Virus record (IMG/VR): IMGVR_UViG_3300009709_000023
Span: 1-64,000 of that record
Origin: a virus
Lineage: Duplodnaviria; Caudoviricetes
DNA length: 64,000 nt
Direction: 5' to 3' (one strand)
Every line of letters starts with the position of its first letter. Position 1 is the stretch's first letter. Made by a program: the position numbers and the translations under genes. Of the stretch, positions 28,959 to 37,427 are shown piece by piece. The notes under the pieces were generated by a model. The model did not search any database. It was given only the letters and a program-made list of their open reading frames with translations, and was not told where the DNA came from.

Positions 28959-29255
28959 ATGTTCTGTGCATTTCGTTGCCAATGGTTTGAAAAATCAGAC
29001 GGAGTAGAACAAGCAGATGGTTTTTCCTATGCATTTCGAAGGGATGATTTGGAGCTTTGGATTAAAACCCAAAGTAATCCAACATTCTCAGATGTGCTAC
29101 AATACAGGGCTAGCAAAGTTGAGCTTGTTCGTATAACTTCTGAACTTGCTGAAAATATCTTTAGGCATCGAGTTTTTAATTGCGGTCTTGAAAATGGGGA
29201 AGCCCCTGATCTTGGACTGTTATCAGAATATAAGGCTTCCCTTGGCATCAACTAA
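28959..29255 (+). CDS. Hypothetical protein
   Basis: AGGAG SD; after TGGTATAAG at 28915. Confidence 0.75.
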   Translation: MFCAFRCQWFEKSDGVEQADGFSYAFRRDDLELWIKTQSNPTFSDVLQYRASKVELVRITSELAENIFRHRVFNCGLENGEAPDLGLLSEYKASLGIN

Positions 29256-29382
29256 CTTCATCCCCGACATAATCACTAATCCTCTCACCAATTCCTCCGC
29301 CCCAACCCACCATTATACTTGGACTCGTGGGACCGGGTGGGGCGTTATTCCTGTAAACCCTTTTGATACAGAGAGAACTACC

Positions 29383-30837
29383 ATGGCGCAATCTACGTCT
29401 GCATCTGTCACCCCCGTTACTCCAGACCCGAATCGTCCGTATCGCCCGCCGTTGGTTGGAACTCCTGACGTTACTATTCAGTACATCTCGGGTCAAATCC
29501 AACGAACCAGGGCATCTTCGGGTCAAGAAATTATAGTGCTTTTGACTCGCTTCCTTGAATTCGCAACGGCTAGGCCAACAGGCAGTATGACTTACTCCAT
29601 GCTTGAACCTCCTCGTTGGCAGAATGCTGAAGAAGGATACCCTTTCGAATTGGTAATTTATGGTAATAATCTACCGGCGGATTTAGCAAGCACTCAACAG
29701 GCACTTCGCCTCCTGATCAGCGGCTGTCCGGATATGATCTTTTCCAACACCATGGAAGGTCCGTCTGGAGAAAGCTCAATACCGAATATTTTCTTTACAC
29801 CCGGTAGAGTCAAGTTCCTTCAAAACTTGGAGATTTTTGATACTCCATGTGGATTCGGTCTGAAGGGAAATTTCATGCTTAGGCGGTCGGCTACCAGGTA
29901 TTACGCCTACCCTTTCAAGGTTCATATTGTTAAGTTATCAGACCAATCTTTGCAATTGTTTCACAGTCATATTGCGTTTAGTGGAGATCTGGAGAAGCTC
30001 ATAGACAAAATGCTGGAGTACTGGGACCTAAAACTTGACAGAAGCATGATGGGGGCCGATTATTCGTCTCTTTCTATGAACTATGATGGAGAAGATGTTT
30101 TTCTTACCCGTGGAAATTCTGTAATGAATTTTCTGCCCAACATTACTACTTCTATGTTTAGCGGCCTTTCGACAGAAGCGATTGTTAATTGTCTCAAAAC
30201 CCTGAGGTTTTGCACGTCCGAGTCTTTGATTTACGCCCTGGGAAAGTTAGAACCAAACAACCAACTACGTAAAGCAATTAGCACTCAGGTCAGTGGAAAT
30301 ACTGTACGTGGTGCTGACTATCACTATCCGTCCCCCCTAGATGAAGAAGCCAGACGAGAGGGGTTTAAAACATGGCTCGTTAGTTTGCTTCAGCAACGTT
30401 CCTTAGGCCCTCGTAATTTGCACGAGGATCCTGCCATGAAATGGGGCCTGGGGTATATCTCTGAATTGGAAAGGAGCAAGCAAACGGTCGGTGTCGTTGA
30501 AAACCGAATCAGTAACGCCGTCGGTAAAGAGGTATATAATAAGTTGGTAACACCGAAGTCCAAATTGGCGGTATTGGACGAGTACATCGCCCGTATCGAA
30601 GCTCAAGGTCTGGATTTCATGCACATCTCTGAAGGCCGGCTCGAACTTGATTTCATCGAGTTTGCTCAAGAAAAAGGCTTACCACTTCCTGATGAAGTCA
30701 TAAACAAGGAAGAATTGGTTAGCAAACCTGAAGAGAAAGCTTCGATGCTACTCGTTGAAGCTGGAAGTAGCACTAAGTGTGATGTTAAGGATAACCCGGC
30801 TCCAATATGGGGTAAGGTTAAGGTAAGCGCCATTTAG
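29383..30837 (+). CDS. Hypothetical protein (~484 aa)
   Basis: Long ORF; ATG 29383 with GAGAG upstream preferred over the overlapping TTG start. Confidence 0.75.
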   Translation: MAQSTSASVTPVTPDPNRPYRPPLVGTPDVTIQYISGQIQRTRASSGQEIIVLLTRFLEFATARPTGSMTYSMLEPPRWQNAEEGYPFELVIYGNNLPADLASTQQALRLLISGCPDMIFSNTMEGPSGESSIPNIFFTPGRVKFLQNLEIFDTPCGFGLKGNFMLRRSATRYYAYPFKVHIVKLSDQSLQLFHSHIAFSGDLEKLIDKMLEYWDLKLDRSMMGADYSSLSMNYDGEDVFLTRGNSVMNFLPNITTSMFSGLSTEAIVNCLKTLRFCTSESLIYALGKLEPNNQLRKAISTQVSGNTVRGADYHYPSPLDEEARREGFKTWLVSLLQQRSLGPRNLHEDPAMKWGLGYISELERSKQTVGVVENRISNAVGKEVYNKLVTPKSKLAVLDEYIARIEAQGLDFMHISEGRLELDFIEFAQEKGLPLPDEVINKEELVSKPEEKASMLLVEAGSSTKCDVKDNPAPIWGKVKVSAI

Positions 30838-30862
30838 GAAGAGCTGTCTGAAGTAAAATAAG

Positions 30863-30898
30863 AGCTAGGCCTGATGTATTTACGGCCTAGCTTTTTTT
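30863..30898 (+). terminator. Intrinsic terminator
   Basis: AGCTAGGCC/GGCCTAGCT stem followed by a T-run. Confidence 0.75.
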
Positions 30899-30915
30899 AG
30901 TTTTTCTCACTCACG

Positions 30916-32826
30916 ATGCCCTACGAAACTGCCCATCCGGTTGAACATGAACATCAGCTCAAACCTGGGACTGAAATTCTGTTTACCCGTCAACGCCATG
31001 AAGCTGAGCGTATGGGCTTACATTGGGATTACCGACTGGTAGTTGGGAATTTAGCTTACAGTTGGGCTACTAAAAAACCAATGCCAGAGCCAGGTAAAAG
31101 CATCGTTCTCTTTGAGCAACCGATTCATGACAAAGACTATGCCCTGAGTCCAAAAGTTGTTATCCCTACTGGTAGTTATGGTGCTGGTGTTACTTACCTT
31201 GACTTTGTACGCAAAGCAAAGATCGGGGACAGTAGCACACAAAAACAAATGACAATCGTCACCCATGACGGTGAGAAGTATTTGCTAAAGCATATTCCTG
31301 ATACTCAATGGGGAGAGAAAGCTTGGTTGTTCCGTAATCTTGGGACAACAGGTAATAAGTATTTGGAAAAGGCTGCTAAGCAAACACAGACTCAAAAACA
31401 AACTCCTCTTCAACCGCATCAAATTCGTGCGCTTGAAAAGTTGGAAGATGAGGGTGGTCTTGTAATGAATCACAGCACGGGCTCAGGGAAAACCCGAGTT
31501 ATGCTTGAGGCTATTCGCCGCGCCCAACAAAAAGATAAAAACGCAAGAGTATTTATGGCTACGCCAGCTTCATTACTACATAACGTAGATAAAGAAATTA
31601 AAAAGCATGGCATCCCCATTGATAAAAAGCGACTCGACTTATATTCATTCCAGAAAGCGACTAGAAATGCAGATCAGCTTCGTAAAAATAAATACGCATT
31701 AGCAGTCGTGGACGAAGCCCATGGTCTCCGCAATGAAAGCACAAAGCGAACCCAAGAACTTCGAGACATTATAGAAGGATCTGATCAACGTCTTTTAGCT
31801 ACTGCAACGTCTAACTACAATGCTATTAGCGATATGTCAACTTTGGTTAACATTGCCGCTGCTGATAAAGTGTTGCCTGAATCTAAGCGAGATATGTATG
31901 ATAAATATGTGGAGACCTACAAAAAGCCTCGGGGACTCATCAGCACCATTTTACGTCATCAAGCCGACGAAGGCCAGCGGTTGAGAAACAAAAAGAAACT
32001 TCAGAGTGTCCTGGGTAAATACGTTGATTATTATGATACTAAGGACTCCGCTAATGGCCGTAGCCATTTCCCTAAAAAGACAGAGGAAACAATTGAAACG
32101 GAAATGTCTCCTGAACAAATGAAGTATTACAAATACGTTGAAGGAGACTTGCCTCTTTTACTTAAATTTAAAATTCGTCACAATCTTCCATTGGATAAAA
32201 AGGAAAAGGCAAGCTTAAATAGTTTCTCCACAGGGGTGCGCCAAGCCTCCAATTCGTATAGGCATTTGCATCAGCATGGGGAAGATCTGCCGTACACACC
32301 AAAAATTGAAGCCGCTACTAAAAAACTTCAAGAAGCGATTAAGGCTAACCCACGCCATAAAGCCTTGGTGTATTCTAATTATCTTGACGCCGGTTTGAAC
32401 GAATACTCCAACAAGCTTAATAAACTTGGGATTAAGCACGGTAAATACACAGGGGAACTTTCCAAGGAAGAGAAGCATAAACTAGTCGAAGATTACAACA
32501 AAGGTAAGCTTCCAGTGATGCTCATTTCTTCAAGTGGTTCTGAAGGTCTTGACACGAAAGGTACAAGGCAAATTCAAATTCTTGAACCGCATTTTAACAA
32601 GAGCAAAATTAAGCAGGTAATTGGTCGTGGAGTTCGTTACAATTCCCATGAGCATTTACCAGAAAAAGAAAGAGAGGTTCATGTTGAACATTATCTTTCA
32701 ACATATCCTAAGAGTCATTTCGGTAAAACGCCTTATAGTATTGATAAATATTTGAGTGAAAATGCTGAAGACAAAGACGAACTATTTAACGAAGTAAACG
32801 GACTAATGCGTGAGAACAATGAATAA
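30916..32826 (+). CDS. LigD-type 3'-phosphoesterase domain fused to a SNF2-family helicase
   Basis: QRH...LHWDYRL...SWA...H..DY...IP.GSYGAG (LigD PE); HSTGSGKT, DEAH, TAT, SEGLD, QVIGRGVR (SF2); internal NKYLEKAA at the junction. Confidence 0.85.
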   Translation: MPYETAHPVEHEHQLKPGTEILFTRQRHEAERMGLHWDYRLVVGNLAYSWATKKPMPEPGKSIVLFEQPIHDKDYALSPKVVIPTGSYGAGVTYLDFVRKAKIGDSSTQKQMTIVTHDGEKYLLKHIPDTQWGEKAWLFRNLGTTGNKYLEKAAKQTQTQKQTPLQPHQIRALEKLEDEGGLVMNHSTGSGKTRVMLEAIRRAQQKDKNARVFMATPASLLHNVDKEIKKHGIPIDKKRLDLYSFQKATRNADQLRKNKYALAVVDEAHGLRNESTKRTQELRDIIEGSDQRLLATATSNYNAISDMSTLVNIAAADKVLPESKRDMYDKYVETYKKPRGLISTILRHQADEGQRLRNKKKLQSVLGKYVDYYDTKDSANGRSHFPKKTEETIETEMSPEQMKYYKYVEGDLPLLLKFKIRHNLPLDKKEKASLNSFSTGVRQASNSYRHLHQHGEDLPYTPKIEAATKKLQEAIKANPRHKALVYSNYLDAGLNEYSNKLNKLGIKHGKYTGELSKEEKHKLVEDYNKGKLPVMLISSSGSEGLDTKGTRQIQILEPHFNKSKIKQVIGRGVRYNSHEHLPEKEREVHVEHYLSTYPKSHFGKTPYSIDKYLSENAEDKDELFNEVNGLMRENNE

Positions 32827-33802
32827 GTATTTAGAAAAAATTGCAGAAGATGATGAAGAAAAAAAGCCGGTGAATGCCTTTGGAAAACTTGGGATAGGTT
32901 ACTTAGGGGCTTCTCTTGGACTCGGTGCGAGTGTCGTTACAAATAAACCTTTGACAAGGGATATCATACATCAAAGTAACAACGAGCATGGTATTTCTGA
33001 CCATGGTACTGTCAAGAAATTTATGCGAGATAATAACTTTAATAAGCATAATATGACGTTGAATCATCGTATGCATATTACGAAAAAACTTCCTGAGAGT
33101 TTCCAGTATCTTCATCAAAATCACCATAGTCCCGCAGAGCTTACTGATCCCCATACAGGCAGACATATTCTGTTAGGTATGAGGGATAAAAAAACCGGAA
33201 AACTTCGTAATTTAGATGTTGCAATGCATGAACTTGGTCATGCTAAAGATTTCCGCACGCATACTGAACTAAAGCATAAAGCACAGATTATTGGAAATAC
33301 TAAAGGTAATCATGCAGCTATGTTGGGAGTCGCTGCAATGTCCAACGAAGACACTAGACACTACGCTCCTCTTGTCGCTGCCGTTCCGGGTGCTATTGTC
33401 CTTCGTTCGGAAGCTGCGGCAAATTATCATGCTTATCATGGTATTAAAGCTCACAAAGGAGCTAAGGCGGCAAATAAATTTTTAACTCGTATGGTTCCTA
33501 AACAAATGGCAGGGTATGTTGCAGGAACTCTCGGCCCTGCGGCTGGTTTATATGGTGCCAATAAACTTATTGACTATGTTCATAAAAAGCGTGGTATTGA
33601 TAAGCAAGCTGAAATGTCCGACATGGAAGCCGCTCGTGAATTTCATCATGCTGAAGAAGATGATGTCAAGAAATACGAAGAGGCTAAAAAGACGGCAAAA
33701 AATCCTAAGCTATTAAAGGCTATTAACTATGCCCTTCCAGAAGAAAAGATCCATGCTCGTTTGTTTGGTGAAGCATTGAAAGACGAAGAAAAAAGTGAAT
33801 AA
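32819..33802 (+). CDS. NKYLEKIA-motif protein with an HExxH zincin motif and a ferritin-like C-terminal module
   Basis: MNKYLEKIAE; AMHELGH...SEAAAN; after DKQA: EFHHAEEDD..KY...EEKIH. Confidence 0.75.
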   Translation: MNKYLEKIAEDDEEKKPVNAFGKLGIGYLGASLGLGASVVTNKPLTRDIIHQSNNEHGISDHGTVKKFMRDNNFNKHNMTLNHRMHITKKLPESFQYLHQNHHSPAELTDPHTGRHILLGMRDKKTGKLRNLDVAMHELGHAKDFRTHTELKHKAQIIGNTKGNHAAMLGVAAMSNEDTRHYAPLVAAVPGAIVLRSEAAANYHAYHGIKAHKGAKAANKFLTRMVPKQMAGYVAGTLGPAAGLYGANKLIDYVHKKRGIDKQAEMSDMEAAREFHHAEEDDVKKYEEAKKTAKNPKLLKAINYALPEEKIHARLFGEALKDEEKSE

Positions 33803-33959
33803 GTATCTTGAAAAGCTTGCAGTAAGACTCCATTTATACGTTCATTCTCAAGATGAAACTAAGAAGAGGTGGGTGGAGGAAGGAAAGTCTGTTCCAGAAG
33901 GATATGTAAAGGCTGGTCCTACTTTCTATCGCCGCAAAGGTCAAGGTAAAAAGAAATGA
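33795..33959 (+). CDS. 54-aa NKYLEKLA-motif basic protein (not in ORF track)
   Basis: GTG start, MNKYLEKLAV...RRKGQGKKK, coupled at both ends. Confidence 0.7.
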   Translation: MNKYLEKLAVRLHLYVHSQDETKKRWVEEGKSVPEGYVKAGPTFYRRKGQGKKK

Positions 33960-34873
33960 ATTTGATTTCCAGAAAAGAAGCTAAAGCGCAAGGATTAAAA
34001 TTTTATTTCACTGGTAAACCATGCAAGCACCGGCATGTTTGTCCTAGACGCGTTTCTAGCAAGTGCTGTACAGGCTGTGAAAAACAGTTTTATGATAAAA
34101 ACAAAACTGAAATACTAAAGTCACGAGTTGAATATTCTAAACGCAATAAAAATAAAATTTCTGAATACCAAAAGAAATATCGAGAAAACAACAAAAATAG
34201 AACTTCCGAATATCTAACTGACTATTTTCAAAAAAATAAAGAAGAAATTTACCTTCAGCGTCGTCAATATATAGAAAGAAATAAAGCCTATTTTTTTAAC
34301 TGGCATTCTGAATATAGAGAAAAACATAGAGACATATTCAATGTTCGTTCATCGATAAGAAGGGCTATTAAATTACAGGCAATACCTACTTGGGCAAATA
34401 AAACAGAAATACATGAATTTTATAAAGATGCAGTTCGTATAAGTTATGAAACTGGTGTTAAATACAATGTTGATCATATTGTCCCATTACAATCAGATTT
34501 TGTTTGTGGATTACACTGGGAAGGAAATTTGCAAATTCTAACAAAAACTGAAAATCTCTCAAAAAGCAATAGACATTGGCCTGACATGCCAGATACTTCT
34601 GACCCAGAAATTAAACACTTAGTAAAACAATTTAAAAAAATGAATAAATATTTATCAAAAATAGCAGAAGCATATGATGTTGTAGAAGGTAATAACGGGG
34701 CGTCTATTGGTCGAAAAGGCGGCTCTACTCTAGATGGTAAAGACCAAAAAACAACTCCTGCCTCTGTACGTAACAGAATGCTCGAAGCTGGGAGGGCCAG
34801 TGATCCGGACCAACCTGTAAATATGGGTTCAGTGACTGGTGGCTATAGCGATCCAGGCATTCTGGGCTCCTAA
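33956..34873 (+). CDS. HNH homing endonuclease, in-frame with a downstream motif protein
   Basis: YFTGKPCKHRH, NVDHIVPL..DFVCGLHWEGNLQILT..EN. Confidence 0.8.
   Translation: MNLISRKEAKAQGLKFYFTGKPCKHRHVCPRRVSSKCCTGCEKQFYDKNKTEILKSRVEYSKRNKNKISEYQKKYRENNKNRTSEYLTDYFQKNKEEIYLQRRQYIERNKAYFFNWHSEYREKHRDIFNVRSSIRRAIKLQAIPTWANKTEIHEFYKDAVRISYETGVKYNVDHIVPLQSDFVCGLHWEGNLQILTKTENLSKSNRHWPDMPDTSDPEIKHLVKQFKKMNKYLSKIAEAYDVVEGNNGASIGRKGGSTLDGKDQKTTPASVRNRMLEAGRASDPDQPVNMGSVTGGYSDPGILGS
34640..34873 (+). CDS. 77-aa NKYLSKIA-motif protein nested in the HNH 3' end
   Basis: In-frame ATG 34640 begins MNKYLSKIAE. Confidence 0.6.
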   Translation: MNKYLSKIAEAYDVVEGNNGASIGRKGGSTLDGKDQKTTPASVRNRMLEAGRASDPDQPVNMGSVTGGYSDPGILGS

Positions 34874-34883
34874 AAATAAGATC

Positions 34884-35831
34884 ATGAACAAATACTTGAC
34901 CAAATTGGCTAGTGACGGAATTATCAAAACCGAACATGGTGAAAAAATTCCTTATGAGCGCCACAAATATGTGGAGAAAGATTGGTCACATCTAGAAAAT
35001 CCTGTCGGGTCTAATAAATTCGATGGGGCTCATTTCTTTTTAGTTGTTCAACCAGACGGAACATTTAAGTATTATTCCCGTAGAGAGAGCGTTAAGGGGC
35101 ATCATCCTGAACGTTCTGCTCAAATTCCTCATCTCAACGCCAAGCCTTTGCCTGAATACGCTGGTGATGTGCTCTCTACAGAGTTGATCCATACTGGCTT
35201 TTATAAGAACAAGAAAGAATCCCACCCAAAAGTATCAGGGATTCTGAATTCTCTCAAGGACCGGGCTATTGCAACTCAAAAAGAAACTGGTCCCGTCCGT
35301 GCCGTCCTCCTAGATGTCAAGGATCATAACCTTCCAACTTTCGGATCGAAGATTGATTACCTAAAAAAGTTTGAACAAGCATATGGTAATTCAGACGTCC
35401 TTTACACCCCTAAATTTGTTGAGGGCAAAGAAAACATCAACAAGTACCTTCAGCAAGTTTCGTCTAAAGGCAGCGAAGGTATCATCGTAACAGATAAGAA
35501 TATTCCTGAATCAGAGAACGTTCGTTACAAAGTTAAAAACTACAATACTTATAACTTGAAGGTTATCGGGTTTCAACAAGAAGTAGACATTCATGGTAAT
35601 CTTAAAAAGTCCATGGGTGCCCTCCTCCTGGCCGACGCGACTGGACGGTTCGTTGGCAAAGTCGGAACAGGATTTGATCGTAAGACACGGATAGAATCCT
35701 GGAATAATCAACCCCTTTGGATTGGTCGGCAAATCCAAGTTAAAGCATATCCACCTAGTAAACATATGGGTCATATCCGTTTTCCTATTTATAACGGTGA
35801 ACCTGATGGTCAACTTGACACAATAATTTAG
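34884..35831 (+). CDS. ATP-dependent DNA ligase with an NKYLTKLA N-terminus
   Basis: KFDG adenylation motif, SEGIIV, YKVK, OB-fold VGKVGTGF. Confidence 0.9.
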   Translation: MNKYLTKLASDGIIKTEHGEKIPYERHKYVEKDWSHLENPVGSNKFDGAHFFLVVQPDGTFKYYSRRESVKGHHPERSAQIPHLNAKPLPEYAGDVLSTELIHTGFYKNKKESHPKVSGILNSLKDRAIATQKETGPVRAVLLDVKDHNLPTFGSKIDYLKKFEQAYGNSDVLYTPKFVEGKENINKYLQQVSSKGSEGIIVTDKNIPESENVRYKVKNYNTYNLKVIGFQQEVDIHGNLKKSMGALLLADATGRFVGKVGTGFDRKTRIESWNNQPLWIGRQIQVKAYPPSKHMGHIRFPIYNGEPDGQLDTII

Positions 35832-35913
35832 TCCACCGTTGTTCAATTTGGTATAAGAAAAGTATAGAGAGAGGATCTATTCTCTACTAACCCTTAATCA
35901 ACCAGGAGCAATA

Positions 35914-36057
35914 ATGGAATCCAAGACGTTTAACAAAGTAGCTACTGGAGTCGTCGTTGCAATGACGGCTGCATTGTCGGCTGCATGGTTTTTGGTGTTG
36001 GCTAATGCTGTCGCAGTTGGCTACACCGTCGGACTCAAGGACAAGAGCGATGTTTAA
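35914..36057 (+). CDS. 47-aa membrane protein (not in ORF track)
   Basis: AGGAG SD; hydrophobic stretch; after TGGTATAAG at 35849. Confidence 0.7.
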   Translation: MESKTFNKVATGVVVAMTAALSAAWFLVLANAVAVGYTVGLKDKSDV

Positions 36058-36208
36058 TAACATCAAAACCTCACCCGCTGTTTCACAAGCTCTCGGCATT
36101 GGATTAGGTGCATTGAGTTTTGCACTTATGGTCGGGTTCGGTTGGGCTGCCGCAACGGTCATCGGGGTCTCCATGCAAGCGGGCCTGGATGGCAAATTTA
36201 CCAAGTAA
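36050..36208 (+). CDS. 52-aa membrane protein
   Basis: Overlapping ATG; hydrophobic stretch. Confidence 0.65.
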   Translation: MFNNIKTSPAVSQALGIGLGALSFALMVGFGWAAATVIGVSMQAGLDGKFTK

Positions 36209-36218
36209 GGAGCAAACC

Positions 36219-36404
36219 ATGCTGGATGGAAACAAGATCATCATCACTCCCATCGAAGGCGGTGGATTTGAGGTAAGCGAAGAAGCAGAACCGATTACCG
36301 TGGAAGATATTGCAGCCGGCATTGGTTCAGTTGTTGTAACGTGCGTTATGGTCCTAGCCGTGTGCTGGATGATGGATCGGGTTATTAGTTCGGTTACCCG
36401 TTAA
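36219..36404 (+). CDS. 61-aa membrane protein
   Basis: AAGGAG SD; C-terminal transmembrane segment. Confidence 0.7.
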   Translation: MLDGNKIIITPIEGGGFEVSEEAEPITVEDIAAGIGSVVVTCVMVLAVCWMMDRVISSVTR

Positions 36405-36466
36405 GAGTATGGACGGGCCGTGGGTAGCGGCCCTTACTAAATCCCAAATAATGGAGTTTTATAACC

Positions 36467-37066
36467 ATGGGCAAGCTGAGCAATACGACGTCTGCAGTAT
36501 TCGAATTTATTCACGATCAAACCGTTGAACATGCCAACGGGAATCGCCTGCATGAGTTCGATATCGTGAAACGGTTTACACCGATAATCGGTCACGCAAA
36601 TACTATACACGTTTTGGAACGACTCGCAAAGAAGCATCATGTCTTGAAGTCGACTTCCACTCAGAAAACGGCACGAGGCCGGGCGACGCATTATTATCGT
36701 GCTAATCCGGAAAATTTGTATTATGACACCGGAGTTGGACGAAAGCCGGCGCAGGAAGTATTGAAAAAGTTGGAAAAACTCCGGGATGTTCCCCTCGGTA
36801 GGGATAAGGTAGCAGTCGAGGAAGAACAAGATTCTCAAATTCCGGATGTTTCAGAATCTCCAGCCAATACCGTACAGACCAGCGGTATTGTGGAGTCCTT
36901 GGATCAGGCAAAAGTTTTGAGCTTGGTTCAAGGTATCAGTGAGCAGAATGGCAGAGATTCTGTCTCACTGGCGTTAGACCTCGGTAACACCCGTACCGAG
37001 ATAGTAGACGTTGATACGGCATACAAGCTGTACCTCGGTCTAAAAGCCGTCTTCGGACCTAAGTAA
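36467..37066 (+). CDS. Hypothetical protein, possible winged-helix N-terminus
   Basis: GGAG SD; basic ARGRATHYYR wing-like segment. Confidence 0.7.
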   Translation: MGKLSNTTSAVFEFIHDQTVEHANGNRLHEFDIVKRFTPIIGHANTIHVLERLAKKHHVLKSTSTQKTARGRATHYYRANPENLYYDTGVGRKPAQEVLKKLEKLRDVPLGRDKVAVEEEQDSQIPDVSESPANTVQTSGIVESLDQAKVLSLVQGISEQNGRDSVSLALDLGNTRTEIVDVDTAYKLYLGLKAVFGPK

Positions 37067-37420
37067 CACGGTCTGTCGGCTAGACCCCCCTTCGCCTCAA
37101 TCCGGAGATTGGTTGAGGAACCAAAGGACAAGTTGAAAAGGTCTCTCAATAAGTCAGAAGGGTTGTAGTTGACATTCTTAAAGGCGTGGTAAGCACTGCT
37201 TAAACCCTCCGGGGGCCGGAAGGAGGCAGTGCTGCCAATGCTACCTAAAACATTAAGCATGGGATGCTTAACTACTTCGGGTTCGTTGAAAAATGAATAC
37301 AGTAACAAATACTGGTGTTCAAACAACAAGTGCTTCGGTGACGAAGCTAGAAGTATCAACCAAGGTTAAGTAAGGACCAACCCTCACTTAATAAACCCGC
37401 CGCAAGGCGGGGATTGTTTA
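37067..37420 (+). ncRNA. Candidate ~350-nt multi-stem structured RNA
   Basis: At least seven stems, including GNRA-capped ones (see findings). Confidence 0.55.
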
Positions 37421-37427
37421 TATTGAA

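Noticed and set aside
36928-37359. 143-aa minus-strand ORF across the structured intergenic region
   Set aside because: It overlaps a plus-strand gene, starts at a non-ATG codon and has no SD or family features.
37067-37420. tmRNA, tRNA or hammerhead call for the structured element
   Set aside because: No GGGGCTG/TCCACCA ends, cloverleaf or CTGANGA/GAAA core was seen.
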